The notes below the pieces were generated by a model. That model saw only the letters and a list, made by a program, of their open reading frames with translations, was not told the DNA's origin and made no database searches. Shown piece after piece: positions 16,849-26,115 of a stretch of DNA of 64,000 nt; the first letter of the stretch is position 1; the number at the start of each line of letters is the position of its first letter. Position numbers and translations under genes: made by a program. Origin of the DNA: a virus; IMG/VR virus record IMGVR_UViG_3300028840_004908; one strand, written 5' to 3'.

Positions 16849-18924
16849 CTACTTATGGAACCGACCCTTGGTGATGATCTTCGCAAACGCTTTGAAAAAG
16901 CTGTGACCCATTTCCTCAACCGATTTGAGGAACACGAAATGCTTTTTCCCGTAAAACTCTTCGGGGTCTTCCGTGCCGATTCCAAAACCGTAAACTTCAA
17001 TACCGGCTTTGCGAACCTTTTCGCAAACTTTGATCAGGTTCTTTGCCATTTCCTGATTGTTGCCGTGACCACCGCAAGGCTCCCCATCAGACAGCGACAG
17101 GATGACTTTGCGGCTTTCGCGCCGTTGGCTCAGCCGTCTGGCGCACAGCTCAACTACCTCACCGTCGATGTTGTGGTTCTGCGGACGCATTTTGGTCGTG
17201 CGGACTTTCGTGCGTGCCCACGTTTCGCCAAAGCTTTTGTACAGGCTCAGCACAAGCGGATTGGTGCGGTCGTAGCCATCACGGTAAAGTTTGGAAAGGG
17301 GAGTGGGCAGACTACCGTAGCTGTACTTCGTGGTTGACCCGATCATTTCAAACGGGACATTGATGCGCGTCAGGCACTCGCCCAGCGCGATTGCGAGCAA
17401 ACGCGTGTTGTGCATTTGGCCACCGCCCATCGAGCCGGATTCGTCGATCACGATGCTCACGGCTGTGTCAAGCTTCTGACCTTTGCGCGTTTGGAAGTAA
17501 ACGTCATCGGCCAGTCTTTTCGCAATGTCAACCAGACGGCCAAGGTCAACTTCTCCTGCGCGTTTGCCGTAATCCTTGCGAGTACGGGACAGCGTTCGCA
17601 ACGCCTGCTCCAGCGCACGGGACAGGCCCATGATTTTGCTGGACACGCTGCGGCGCAGTTCATCGTACTCATGGTTGTCGTTAATGGTTGTTTTAGGAAC
17701 GTTGATTTCATCGTTCTCGCGCAGTGAGGTATAGCCACCGCGATTATCAACAGCATCCTCAATCTGGTCCTTCAACTCTTCCTGAAGCGCATGGCCCTCG
17801 TCCTCACCCTTGGCTTCCTCATCCATCTCAGCTTCGTGCTCTTCATCCGACTTTTTGTCGTCATCGCAACCAGAGGGAGCTTCCTTGTCGTCTCTGTGCG
17901 CTTTGCTATCGTTAGCCTTGTCGCTGGCCTTACCTTTACCTTCGTCACCGCTGTCGCTCTCATCGCCCTCAGCGGATTCGCCATCATCCTCATCTTCGCC
18001 CTCACCGTCATCGCCAGCGCCGTTGGCCTCGCTGTCGTCATCGCTTTCCGCGCCATCACTGCCGTTGCCCTCGCCTTCGTCCTCATCCTCAATGTCAGCG
18101 GGAGCTTCGGACTGCGAACCTTCGCCTTCACCAGACTGCTCTTCGCCATCATCCTTGGACTGGCTTTCCTGCGTCTCGCCATCATCCTTGGACTGACCCT
18201 GCTGCTGATTTTCGCTGTCCTGTTCTTCGCCCTCACCGTCATCGCCGTCCTGCGGCTGACCATTGGGCGATTTTTCCTGTTCCTGCTCAAACCCCTGCTT
18301 GGCCTGCTTAAGCAGTTCGTAAATTTCCTTGGCGAGCTTCAGGCAAGCCTTGGTGCTTTTGCAGCGAGTGACTTTGCGATACGCTTCATACGCAGCGTCA
18401 ACATAAACCTGCGCTTTTTCGGTCAGCGTCCAAGCCGGTTGGCGAGCGCGAACCATGAAGCTCATTGCGCAAAGTGCTTCCCACAACGGCGCTTCTGCCT
18501 CACCAGTGGTGATCTGTTTGGCAATGCGCTTGTTGAAGAAATCAGTGGCCCAATTAAAAACGGTTTTGCAACCTTCGTGTTCCGCAGCGCCAGCCCACTC
18601 AATCCGGCAATCCTCAAGCGAGTTGAGAATGCTGAACAGCGCACCCGTGGGCTGTTCACTCTTGCTAAGCTTGGTGAGCAGGCAGTGGAGTGATTCGTGG
18701 AAGTAGAACGCGCGAGCGGTCATGATGTTCGCAATACCATTCATCGGAGGGATGTAGAGAATTCCCTTGTGAATGTCTGCGTGGGGTGCGCCTTGGGGAA
18801 TGGGAACAATCTTGATATCGCGGTTTTTTGCGAGCCACGGAACTATGACCTTGAGGGCAGCTTCGACTTCGCGAGCCGCTTTGTCCTCAATCGCGTTCAT
18901 AGTTGCGGTTTTCGGATTGACCAT
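16849..18924 (-). CDS. von Willebrand factor A protein with long acidic tract, CobT-like
   Basis: MIDAS VSIVIDESGSMGG. About 150 aa of D/E/G/S low complexity (DDGEGEDEDDGESAEGDESDSGDEG...). 691 aa. Lies next to the AAA+ ATPase. Class I element upstream. Confidence 0.8.
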   Translation of the reverse strand: MVNPKTATMNAIEDKAAREVEAALKVIVPWLAKNRDIKIVPIPQGAPHADIHKGILYIPPMNGIANIMTARAFYFHESLHCLLTKLSKSEQPTGALFSILNSLEDCRIEWAGAAEHEGCKTVFNWATDFFNKRIAKQITTGEAEAPLWEALCAMSFMVRARQPAWTLTEKAQVYVDAAYEAYRKVTRCKSTKACLKLAKEIYELLKQAKQGFEQEQEKSPNGQPQDGDDGEGEEQDSENQQQGQSKDDGETQESQSKDDGEEQSGEGEGSQSEAPADIEDEDEGEGNGSDGAESDDDSEANGAGDDGEGEDEDDGESAEGDESDSGDEGKGKASDKANDSKAHRDDKEAPSGCDDDKKSDEEHEAEMDEEAKGEDEGHALQEELKDQIEDAVDNRGGYTSLRENDEINVPKTTINDNHEYDELRRSVSSKIMGLSRALEQALRTLSRTRKDYGKRAGEVDLGRLVDIAKRLADDVYFQTRKGQKLDTAVSIVIDESGSMGGGQMHNTRLLAIALGECLTRINVPFEMIGSTTKYSYGSLPTPLSKLYRDGYDRTNPLVLSLYKSFGETWARTKVRTTKMRPQNHNIDGEVVELCARRLSQRRESRKVILSLSDGEPCGGHGNNQEMAKNLIKVCEKVRKAGIEVYGFGIGTEDPEEFYGKKHFVFLKSVEEMGHSFFKAFAKIITKGRFHK

Positions 18925-18954
18925 TTTTCATCCTTTCATATTACTGAACCTTTT

Positions 18955-19032
18955 CCACCCTTCAAAAGACTTAACCGCATGCAAGCCCACTTGCCGTGAA
19001 CTTTCTTGGTATTTTCCTAAGTTTTTTTGGGT
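18955..19032 (-). promoter_or_regulatory. class I conserved upstream element, copy D
   Basis: CCACCCTTCAAAAGACTTAACCGCATGCAAGCCCACTTGCCGTGAACTTTCTTGGTATTTTCCTAAGTTTTTTTGGG. Contains hairpin GCAAG-CCCA-CTTGC. It precedes the vWA gene start at 18924. Confidence 0.5.
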
Positions 19033-19268
19033 GTCTTTCGGTTGATTATTTTCGCCCGAGCGGTGGCTTCGACTGGTAAGCTTTGGGGGTCGCCCGAGAT
19101 TGGGCCGTAATTCACGTTTATCAGCGTCATTCGAAGCTCTTCGGTCGTTTTCTCGGCCTTTTGACAGTTGGCGAATAGGTCATCGGCTACCTCGTTCTCC
19201 TTATACGCCTGTACCGCTACGGTCCCGTCGGGATACTCCACGATAAACAGGGCCAGCTCGGTCTTCAT
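19017..19268 (-). CDS. hypothetical protein
   Basis: 83-aa minus ORF. Its stop lies inside class I copy D. Confidence 0.4.
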   Translation of the reverse strand: MKTELALFIVEYPDGTVAVQAYKENEVADDLFANCQKAEKTTEELRMTLINVNYGPISGDPQSLPVEATARAKIINRKTPKKT

Positions 19269-19663
19269 GGTTTCTTTCCTTTCGGCCAGACTCGCACGGT
19301 GATGGTTTTCCTTCCCCAGTCAACCGCCTCGTCATGCGTTTCAAAACGGACGTCAACCCTGTATCCCTTCACATCCTTGCCGGTATCGTCCGCATATATC
19401 CACGAACCGTTCTCGTTTGGGCCGCGAGTGTAGCCCGGTATATCCAAATGAGAACGGAGCGGAATCAATTCGGGGTCAACCGCTACGCCAGCTTTGTATG
19501 CGTCACGATTGATTGCGGTCAAGCCGTCGGCATGTTTCCCACAACAGATTTTGCAAGGGCAATAGCCGGTAGAATTGACCTCAATTCGCTCGCCCCAACT
19601 TAGTGGTTTACGCGATGCGCCTCCTGCGAGAAGTAGCAACGCGAAGAAAAGCATGATTTTCAT
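19265..19663 (-). CDS. secreted 3D-domain cell-wall hydrolase (MltA/YuiC-like)
   Basis: ATG 19661-19663 MKIMLFFALLLLAGGASR is a signal peptide. STGYCPCKICCG then AVDPELIPL...YADDTGKDVKGYRVDVRFETHDEAVDWG is the 3D-domain pattern with three Asp. Confidence 0.7.
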   Translation of the reverse strand: MKIMLFFALLLLAGGASRKPLSWGERIEVNSTGYCPCKICCGKHADGLTAINRDAYKAGVAVDPELIPLRSHLDIPGYTRGPNENGSWIYADDTGKDVKGYRVDVRFETHDEAVDWGRKTITVRVWPKGKKP

Positions 19664-19690
19664 TGGTTTATTATACAACGAAGAGGCATG
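19664..19690 (-). promoter_or_regulatory. class II sigma70-like promoter element (TTGTATAAT)
   Basis: minus strand GTTGTATAATAAACCAATG. The -10 box ends about 7 nt before the ATG of the 3D-domain gene, so the transcript could be leaderless. Same motif as five copies inside the mini-gene array. Confidence 0.4.
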
Positions 19691-19694
19691 GATT

Positions 19695-19943
19695 TTATGA
19701 TTTATCTTCAGAAAATTTGCCCATCAGCTTCATCAGCGTCAGGATGTCGGCGGGTAATTCGAGCGGTGGGAGTTTTCCTTCAGGCGTGTTTGTTTCATCA
19801 ATGGAATCGGCCAGCTTGTGAAATCGGTCGCCAATAAGCCGAAGCAACCCTGTATCCAATTTCTCGTTTTCTTCGAGTTGCTCCATAAACTTATCGGTCA
19901 TTGCTGTTATCTGCTTCAGGAACGCTGGGATGTTCTTACTCAT
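19695..19943 (-). CDS. hypothetical protein
   Basis: MSKNIPAFLKQ... start overlapping the upstream stop. Confidence 0.35.
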   Translation of the reverse strand: MSKNIPAFLKQITAMTDKFMEQLEENEKLDTGLLRLIGDRFHKLADSIDETNTPEGKLPPLELPADILTLMKLMGKFSEDKS

Positions 19944-20431
19944 TTGAGATACTCCTTTGCCAAAACTCCGTATGGGCGATTTAGGACAAACCATTCCACC
20001 CAAAGGTCTTCTGGCTCAACAGCTTCATGTTTGCTGAAAAGCTTATGCCATTTCTCTGCGTCTTTCTTCAACATATCAACGAGATGCTTCGATTTGGCGT
20101 GGTACATATTCGGCCCACCAGTGCCATTATTGTTCACGACGATTACCTTCTTGCCGTTCAACGTAATTGCAGCGGAGAATGCTGGGCCGTCGCCCCATGG
20201 ATCAGCAAGCTCTTTGTAGCCGACAACCGCCCATCTGTCCATTACGTTGTCGCTGTCTTTCGGCAAGGGATGGTCGCTTTTGTCGAATGCTGAAACGTCT
20301 CCCCTGACTTGAACGCGGCCACCATCCAGAATGACTTTGATATTCTTTGCGCCGCCCTTGAACACGACACCATACTTAAGTCCGCGCCCGCTGATAAATT
20401 CAACGCGGTCACCCTTCTTGAGTTTGAGCGC
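19940..20431 (-). CDS. hypothetical protein
   Basis: MALKLKKGDRVEFISGRGLKYGVVFKGG... Internal start chosen. Confidence 0.45.
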   Translation of the reverse strand, partial: ALKLKKGDRVEFISGRGLKYGVVFKGGAKNIKVILDGGRVQVRGDVSAFDKSDHPLPKDSDNVMDRWAVVGYKELADPWGDGPAFSAAITLNGKKVIVVNNNGTGGPNMYHAKSKHLVDMLKKDAEKWHKLFSKHEAVEPEDLWVEWFVLNRPYGVLAKEYLK

Positions 20432-20657
20432 CATCGTTTTCCTCCTTGGTACCATCAATCGCGTGTACCGCATTGGCGGACTTTTCGAGCAGTTCTTCAA
20501 AATCGAATTCTGCTACGACATCGGCAGTGAGCCTCACTTCACAGAGTACATCAATGAGCGCGATTCCAACCTGCTCATTTGACGCATTCTCCGGCAAACC
20601 GTAATAGTCCATGAGCACTGCCAAAATGTTTTCTCTCTTCTCTTCTTTGAGGTTCAT
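20409..20657 (-). CDS. acidic hypothetical protein
   Basis: 82-aa minus ORF. Confidence 0.4.
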   Translation of the reverse strand: MNLKEEKRENILAVLMDYYGLPENASNEQVGIALIDVLCEVRLTADVVAEFDFEELLEKSANAVHAIDGTKEENDGAQTQEG

Positions 20658-20921
20658 GATGCACTTCCTTTTGTGTTAAGTATTAGCCACCCCACTTGCC
20701 TCCCCTTCACCGTTGGTTCCATGGCAAGCGGTTTGAACACTGGAACATGGCTGCTGGCAGTTTCCTTATTTGCCCCGCTGATCAGACGGGCGCATTTCAT
20801 CCATACCAACCAATTTTCAACTTTTTACCATCAACAAACTAAATTTTAACATCACTAACCAAATTTAATTTGCCAACAGCTCAGCCGGATCAGCAGACGT
20901 TCGGGTGGCTTATTCCATCAA

Positions 20922-21503
20922 CTACACTTCATTGAACTTCTCCTTGAATGCTTCAAGCGCAAGTTTTCTCTTTTCTTGCATTGGTTTGTATTTGTTCCGA
21001 TCTCTTTCACAACGCTTAAAAAGAGATTTGCCCTGATGATCAAAATCAAAAGACATTCGCAGTATATCCTGCTCTTCTTTTCTCAGTTCACACAACGTGT
21101 CGTGAACTTTCGCGCCTGTCTTTTCTCGTTGGGCAATGACATCATGGTGTAAGTCCAATCGTCGCTGATGCTCGTCAATAACAACTTTATCAGACTGGCT
21201 TCGTTCCATGATGTAAAGTGCCGTGTTTCTCATTACGGTGTATTGCATTCCCTTCTTGTAGTGTTTGTATTCTTTACCGTCCATACTTTTGGCGGCAATA
21301 ATAAGCTCAATCACAGCATCTTCTTTGGAAATGAGTTCTGTTGTCTCAAAGTTGACCCGTGACAAAATCACTTTCGCTTTGCGCTCAAGCTGCTTCCATG
21401 AATACGGTATGTCGTGAGCATCAACAAAGCATCCGCACTTTGTGCAGAAATATTTCGCTGAGAATCGATGCTTGCATTGGGGACAAGTTTTAGCTCCCAT
21501 CAT
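20922..21503 (-). CDS. hypothetical protein with N-terminal zinc ribbon
   Basis: CPQCKHRF...CTKCGC. ATGA overlap with the Pol X gene. Confidence 0.5.
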   Translation of the reverse strand: MMGAKTCPQCKHRFSAKYFCTKCGCFVDAHDIPYSWKQLERKAKVILSRVNFETTELISKEDAVIELIIAAKSMDGKEYKHYKKGMQYTVMRNTALYIMERSQSDKVVIDEHQRRLDLHHDVIAQREKTGAKVHDTLCELRKEEQDILRMSFDFDHQGKSLFKRCERDRNKYKPMQEKRKLALEAFKEKFNEV

Positions 21504-22393
21504 CTATCCTCCGGCTCAACATAGCCCATGCCCAGCGCATCGAAAACATCCTTTTCAGTGCGGCCAGCAATGGCGTCAGTGCCTTTGTATAGCCCGTACT
21601 CATTGAGTTTGAAGCCTTGATCCTTTGCCATCTGGCGCATCTTGATATTGTGATCTTTGCTGCCGGTAAAGTACAAAACACAAGCGCCAAAGCTTTCCGG
21701 CGCAATAAACCTGAAGTCAACCTGTACGCCGTTTTTAATGCCGCTGACTTTCTTCATACCGTCAACCAGAACCGTATCCAGCAGCATACTGCAATGGGCG
21801 ATTACTTTTCCCGGTTTTGTCGTCTCAACGACAATATCGATGTCGCCGATTGTTTCCTTGTAACGTCGGTAACTTCCACAGACTACCACGCGGCCAACGT
21901 GCTTGCATTTTTCAATCTTACGGACCATTGGCGCGGCAATCTTGTCAGCCTCGTTGAACGTGATCCGCTTATCGTGACCGCTCAAAACCGCCTGAACGCC
22001 TTCGCGGATGGACTTGGGCATACCGTACCCTGTCTTGATCAACCCATCAACCTGCTTGGCATTCGTGACGCCATGAACTTCATAAAGCTTAAGCGCCGTT
22101 TTCGGGCCAATGCCGGGAATCTTCATCAGCTCAAGCAGATGGAAAAACCGATCACGCAGTTCCTCAAGCTTTGGGCACGTTCCGGTTTCGACAATCTGCT
22201 TGATTTTCTTCGCAATACTGTCGCCGACGCCATCAATTGATTTGGGGTTGTGCAAATCGACGCCCGGACACTGCTTGATTGTTGACGCTGCCGTGGCGTA
22301 TGACCGTGTTTTGTATGGGCTTTCACCGGCCAGACCAGACAGGCTGGCGAGTTCGTAAAGCGCATCGGCAACCTTGATACGTATGTCGCTCAT
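21500..22393 (-). CDS. DNA polymerase family X (pol beta-like)
   Basis: helix-hairpin-helix IPGIGPKTALKLYE. Nucleotidyltransferase motif GSYRRYKETIGDIDIVV. 297 aa. Confidence 0.85.
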   Translation of the reverse strand: MSDIRIKVADALYELASLSGLAGESPYKTRSYATAASTIKQCPGVDLHNPKSIDGVGDSIAKKIKQIVETGTCPKLEELRDRFFHLLELMKIPGIGPKTALKLYEVHGVTNAKQVDGLIKTGYGMPKSIREGVQAVLSGHDKRITFNEADKIAAPMVRKIEKCKHVGRVVVCGSYRRYKETIGDIDIVVETTKPGKVIAHCSMLLDTVLVDGMKKVSGIKNGVQVDFRFIAPESFGACVLYFTGSKDHNIKMRQMAKDQGFKLNEYGLYKGTDAIAGRTEKDVFDALGMGYVEPEDR

Positions 22394-22407
22394 GGTTCAT
22401 CCTTTCA

Positions 22408-22713
22408 TTAGTTGTGTCTCATCTGCAAAAGCTGAAACCCTTCCTTAAGCCGTTCTGCATATGGCCTTTTAATTGGGCCAGAAAACCCATACCGATCATC
22501 CCTCGTCTCTGCCGCTTTTATCCCCCGTTCTGACCGCTTTTCTCTATCCTCACTATGATTGCAGGTAAGATGACCTTGAACTATTTTCCCACAGATTTCG
22601 CAAACATAGGGATACTTATTTCCGTAAACATTCAAGGGCATTAAGCCGAACAAACCTACGTTTTCTGTGAGTTTAATTTTGTCCAGATTGGTTTTTCTGC
22701 GCCAACGTGCCAT
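22408..22713 (-). CDS. CxxC zinc-finger protein, paralog of 12266..12604
   Basis: YVCEICGKIVQGHLTCNH...RYGFSGPIKRPYAERLKEGFQLL. Confidence 0.45.
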   Translation of the reverse strand: MARWRRKTNLDKIKLTENVGLFGLMPLNVYGNKYPYVCEICGKIVQGHLTCNHSEDREKRSERGIKAAETRDDRYGFSGPIKRPYAERLKEGFQLLQMRHN

Positions 22714-22731
22714 AATTTCATTTTCCTTTCA

Positions 22732-23115
22732 TTAGGCATTTGCCTTCAGGAACATCAGAACGTCCTCATGGTTGAACTTGTACGGTTTGCCGTCCGATTG
22801 ACGCTCAGCCGCGACTGAGAACTTTCGACTACGCGGCAAAAGTCCCGTGATCTTGTAGATGCGGCCTTGGAACTTGAAAGGCCGACCCAAGTCCTTTTTC
22901 TTGAATCCGTATGACTTGTACAGATTGTTCCAATCAACCACCTGCTTGGTCAGCGCTTTGCCGCCAACGACGTCGGACACCTCAAGTTTGAAGCGTGCGT
23001 TTTGTTCGTTGAAGCGTGCCGTGCCGAATTCGATAACGACACTGAATTCCTTCTCAACGCTTTTGAGCGCGGCTTCCATTGCTTCACGCAATGCTCTCAC
23101 TTTCTCTCGTTCCAT
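22732..23115 (-). CDS. hypothetical protein
   Basis: 127-aa minus ORF. Confidence 0.45.
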   Translation of the reverse strand: MEREKVRALREAMEAALKSVEKEFSVVIEFGTARFNEQNARFKLEVSDVVGGKALTKQVVDWNNLYKSYGFKKKDLGRPFKFQGRIYKITGLLPRSRKFSVAAERQSDGKPYKFNHEDVLMFLKANA

Positions 23116-23123
23116 AATCCACC

Positions 23124-23465
23124 CTACCTTTGCATTTTGGTGATGAGCACGAGTTCGCCCTTGTCGATGTTGAAGGCGCGATACACGGGCTTACCGTTTT
23201 CGTCAGCCCGTTCCAACGTGACCAGCAGCGTGAGGATCAAATCCCCAGCTTTGGACTTCCAAATGCGCTCGACCTGTCCCGTGTAGCGGGTCTTCTCAAT
23301 CCCGAGGTCATCTGCGCGTTTGGCTTCCTCAATCGCCTTGGCAGAAGCCACGCGGCCCGGAATGCGATGGTACATGAAATGCACGTAGCTCCCAACGCCG
23401 TGAACGGCATTCTGAGCGCACGTGTCCAGCACCGCTTTGATTTCGTTTGCGTCCATTTTCTTCAT
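23124..23465 (-). CDS. hypothetical protein
   Basis: MKKMDANEIKAV... start abutting the ligase stop. Confidence 0.45.
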   Translation of the reverse strand: MKKMDANEIKAVLDTCAQNAVHGVGSYVHFMYHRIPGRVASAKAIEEAKRADDLGIEKTRYTGQVERIWKSKAGDLILTLLVTLERADENGKPVYRAFNIDKGELVLITKMQR

Positions 23466-24352
23466 TAGTTTTTCCCCTTTCCGACGTTTATCAAGGGCAA
23501 CAGACTTTCCCAAGTGCAATCGTCTGTCTTCTTGTCCGTTCTAAACCGCACAAAGCTGGGATGTCGCAAACTCCCGCTTTTGAAAACCTTGTTGCATTTG
23601 ATCTCAGCAACCTTCCATTTGTATTTCTTGAAGTCAGCCGCAATGTCAATCTTGAGTTGATGCGGCATGCTTCCAACCTTGACCATGCTCACAAGCTTGC
23701 CATCTTTGAGAACGCCGCACAAAATGTACTTGGCGGCTCGCAAGCCCTTTTTCTTGAAGGTCACCGCGCCAGTTTCCTGCCAACCCATGACGATCATATC
23801 CACGGTCATTTCGCGCTTGCACTTGATCCAGTACGGACTACGCGTCCCGCCTTTGTATGGCGTGGGCATACCTTTTACAAGTTTCAGAACCAGCCCTTCA
23901 TCCTCGCGCCCGTAACGGAACCTGAAATTGCTGTTCCAGCGTGGATTGAGCAGAAACCATTCTTTGGCCTCGTCACTCCAACTGTCATAAGCCGATTTCA
24001 AGAAGTTGCGTCGCACAGGATCATCGTGCTCAGTGATGTCTTTGTAATCAATCCGCAGGATGTCGTACACATCCATGAACTCATGCCCGATGGATTTCTG
24101 ACGTTCCAGCGCTGCTTGCTGCCCAATCCCAAGCTCGCCAACGATGACCGTTCCAGCGGGCAGTTGCGGAAATTCAACGGCTTGAGGCAAACCACTGCGG
24201 CCCCAAATGCGCTGTTCACGATCAACTGCCTTGACGATGCCCCAGTTGCCGTCGCGCTTTGGTTCAGCAACGTACTTGCCGGTTTTCTCGTATACGTCAA
24301 GTTCATCTGGGCTGATGTGTCCATCGCAACCCATGTACAAGGGATGGCTCAT
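23465..24352 (-). CDS. ATP-dependent DNA ligase (small, T7/Chlorella-virus-like)
   Basis: motif I KRDGNWG, motif III VIVGELG, motif IV EGLVLK, motif V WIKCKRE. AAGGATG SD before ATG 24352. Confidence 0.9.
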   Translation of the reverse strand: MSHPLYMGCDGHISPDELDVYEKTGKYVAEPKRDGNWGIVKAVDREQRIWGRSGLPQAVEFPQLPAGTVIVGELGIGQQAALERQKSIGHEFMDVYDILRIDYKDITEHDDPVRRNFLKSAYDSWSDEAKEWFLLNPRWNSNFRFRYGREDEGLVLKLVKGMPTPYKGGTRSPYWIKCKREMTVDMIVMGWQETGAVTFKKKGLRAAKYILCGVLKDGKLVSMVKVGSMPHQLKIDIAADFKKYKWKVAEIKCNKVFKSGSLRHPSFVRFRTDKKTDDCTWESLLPLINVGKGKN

Positions 24353-24602
24353 TTTACATCCTTTCATTTTAAGTCAAAGCGACTTTGGATGTCCACTTTG
24401 TCGCGAGTGACGGGGTCTATTCTTCCGGCTACTCCAACAAGTGGAACACCAGAGTGGCTTTAACCACCCAAGCTTCATATCAAACACCTCGCTTCCTTTC
24501 AACAAGGTTTTGTCACGCTGGAACTGGGTCCGCACGGGAAAACGTTCCCCGTGCGGTTGGGTTCTGGGGTCATGTTAGCCCATTGGCAGTGCCCTCCTCA
24601 TT

Positions 24603-24723
24603 AGATTCTATAGGATTTATATTCATCGCGCTCTTCGCGTCGCATGGGCCAAACGAATCGGCGCTGTGCGAGGCTTTTCGTACCCAACCAGAACACAGAG
24701 AAAAGCAAAAATGAGCTTCATCG
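24603..24723 (-). CDS. small hydrophobic hypothetical protein (40 aa)
   Basis: MKLIFAFLCVLVGYEKPRTAP... Below the ORF-track cutoff. Good SD (AAAGGAGGG) and a class I element just upstream. Confidence 0.25.
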
Positions 24724-24732
24724 TTCAGCCCT

Positions 24733-24808
24733 CCTTTCGAAAGACTTAACCGCATGCAAGCCCACTTGCCGTGAACTTTCTTGGTATTTTTCTAAGTTTT
24801 TTTGGCCA
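24733..24808 (-). promoter_or_regulatory. class I conserved upstream element, copy E
   Basis: CCTTTCGAAAGACTTAACCGCATGCAAGCCCACTTGCCGTGAACTTTCTTGGTATTTTTCTAAGTTTTTTTGGCCAC. Followed by AGGAGGG and an ATG at 24721-24723 opening a 40-aa signal-peptide-like ORF. Confidence 0.5.
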
Positions 24809-24834
24809 CTCGAAAAACGAGCCTTCGGTTGGTT

Positions 24835-25260
24835 TTAACCATCTCGGCGGGTTATGGTATAGCCTTGCGCCCGAATCTCACTATCGGACATCAATTTTCC
24901 ATCCTTAAACCACCACGAGCCTTCAAGGGCTTCGCGAACAGGGTCGTCGGACTTCGTGGTACCGCACTTACAGCGGTAATGCCGAATGGCGATGGGACGC
25001 GACTCATCGTGAAGAATGCTGCCTCTCTCAAGACGCGTTATCCCACATACGACAAAGTTGTGACTGCGACAATTCTTTGGTGTGAGCCTTTCCTTGCACC
25101 GCTCGCAAATGCCGTCATCGTTGAACTTGTGCCCAAACTTCCGACAAACGACCTCTGGCGACCATTCAGCAGGATGGTCGCACCGTTCGCAAACTACCAT
25201 GTTGCCGCGTTGAGGTACCATTTTGTGACCAAACAAACTGCACATCAATGGAATTTTCAT
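24835..25260 (-). CDS. zinc-finger protein with duplicated C-x2-FGHK unit
   Basis: CSLFGHKM...CERCDH and CRKFGHKF...CERCKERL. 141 aa. Confidence 0.45.
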   Translation of the reverse strand: MKIPLMCSLFGHKMVPQRGNMVVCERCDHPAEWSPEVVCRKFGHKFNDDGICERCKERLTPKNCRSHNFVVCGITRLERGSILHDESRPIAIRHYRCKCGTTKSDDPVREALEGSWWFKDGKLMSDSEIRAQGYTITRRDG

Positions 25261-26045
25261 GATTTCTTGTCCTTTTTCAAAGCCTTCTTGAGTCCCAACA
25301 GGTCAGGCGCACCGCGACAGATGATTTTGCGCTTATGATTCCTCACTGAATTCCAATGCCAGTAATGCACCAACCCTTCTTTCAACCGACCCTCCCAATA
25401 ATCAGCCTTGCGTTTATCACGCCAATATCGGACAAGCTTGTCGTGATCTTTCTGCGGCAATTGAACGCTGAATTCCACCGCGTGAGTGTGGTCATCATGC
25501 GCGTTGTAGTACGGAATCTCAATGCGCTTGACGTTGGACACGGTTTTATTCTTGCGTAGTATCTTTTCCACCATATCCAAATCGAAATCAGTGTTGCTAA
25601 TGCCGCCAATATAGCCAAAATGGTAAGGCATCGACATTGGCATATCTTTTTCAAACGGATAAAACGTGTGTGAACTGTTTTCAAAGCGCAAAAGCTTGGT
25701 TTTGTCAAAGCCTTTTGAAGCGACAAAACCCAAAGCGTTGTATCTCACCGCTTTTTCCATGACTTTGAACATATCTTCCGTGCCCGAAGCCAACGCTTTG
25801 AGCAATGCGTTCCAAACGCCACCGTAATAATGATAAATCGGCTTGATGTTTCGAATAACGTTGACCATATTCCACTTGGGATGCGTTTTCCAGAACGCTT
25901 TGAAGTCCTTGACGCTGATGAAGTGAGAAGGAACGTCCTTTTTCCCACTGTTGGCTGGCCGATAGCGTACGGCCATCACGCCCTTGTGCGTTTCAGTTTC
26001 AATTCTGTCGATGATCACTCGCCTTCTTGTGTAAGTCTCAACCAT
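25257..26045 (-). CDS. hypothetical protein
   Basis: 262-aa minus ORF. No family recognised. Confidence 0.5.
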   Translation of the reverse strand: MVETYTRRRVIIDRIETETHKGVMAVRYRPANSGKKDVPSHFISVKDFKAFWKTHPKWNMVNVIRNIKPIYHYYGGVWNALLKALASGTEDMFKVMEKAVRYNALGFVASKGFDKTKLLRFENSSHTFYPFEKDMPMSMPYHFGYIGGISNTDFDLDMVEKILRKNKTVSNVKRIEIPYYNAHDDHTHAVEFSVQLPQKDHDKLVRYWRDKRKADYWEGRLKEGLVHYWHWNSVRNHKRKIICRGAPDLLGLKKALKKDKKS

Positions 26046-26115
26046 GCTTTCATCCTCCTTTGATAAAAATGCCGTGGCAGATGTATTTCAACCCACCACG
26101 GCACCGTTCCAACTG

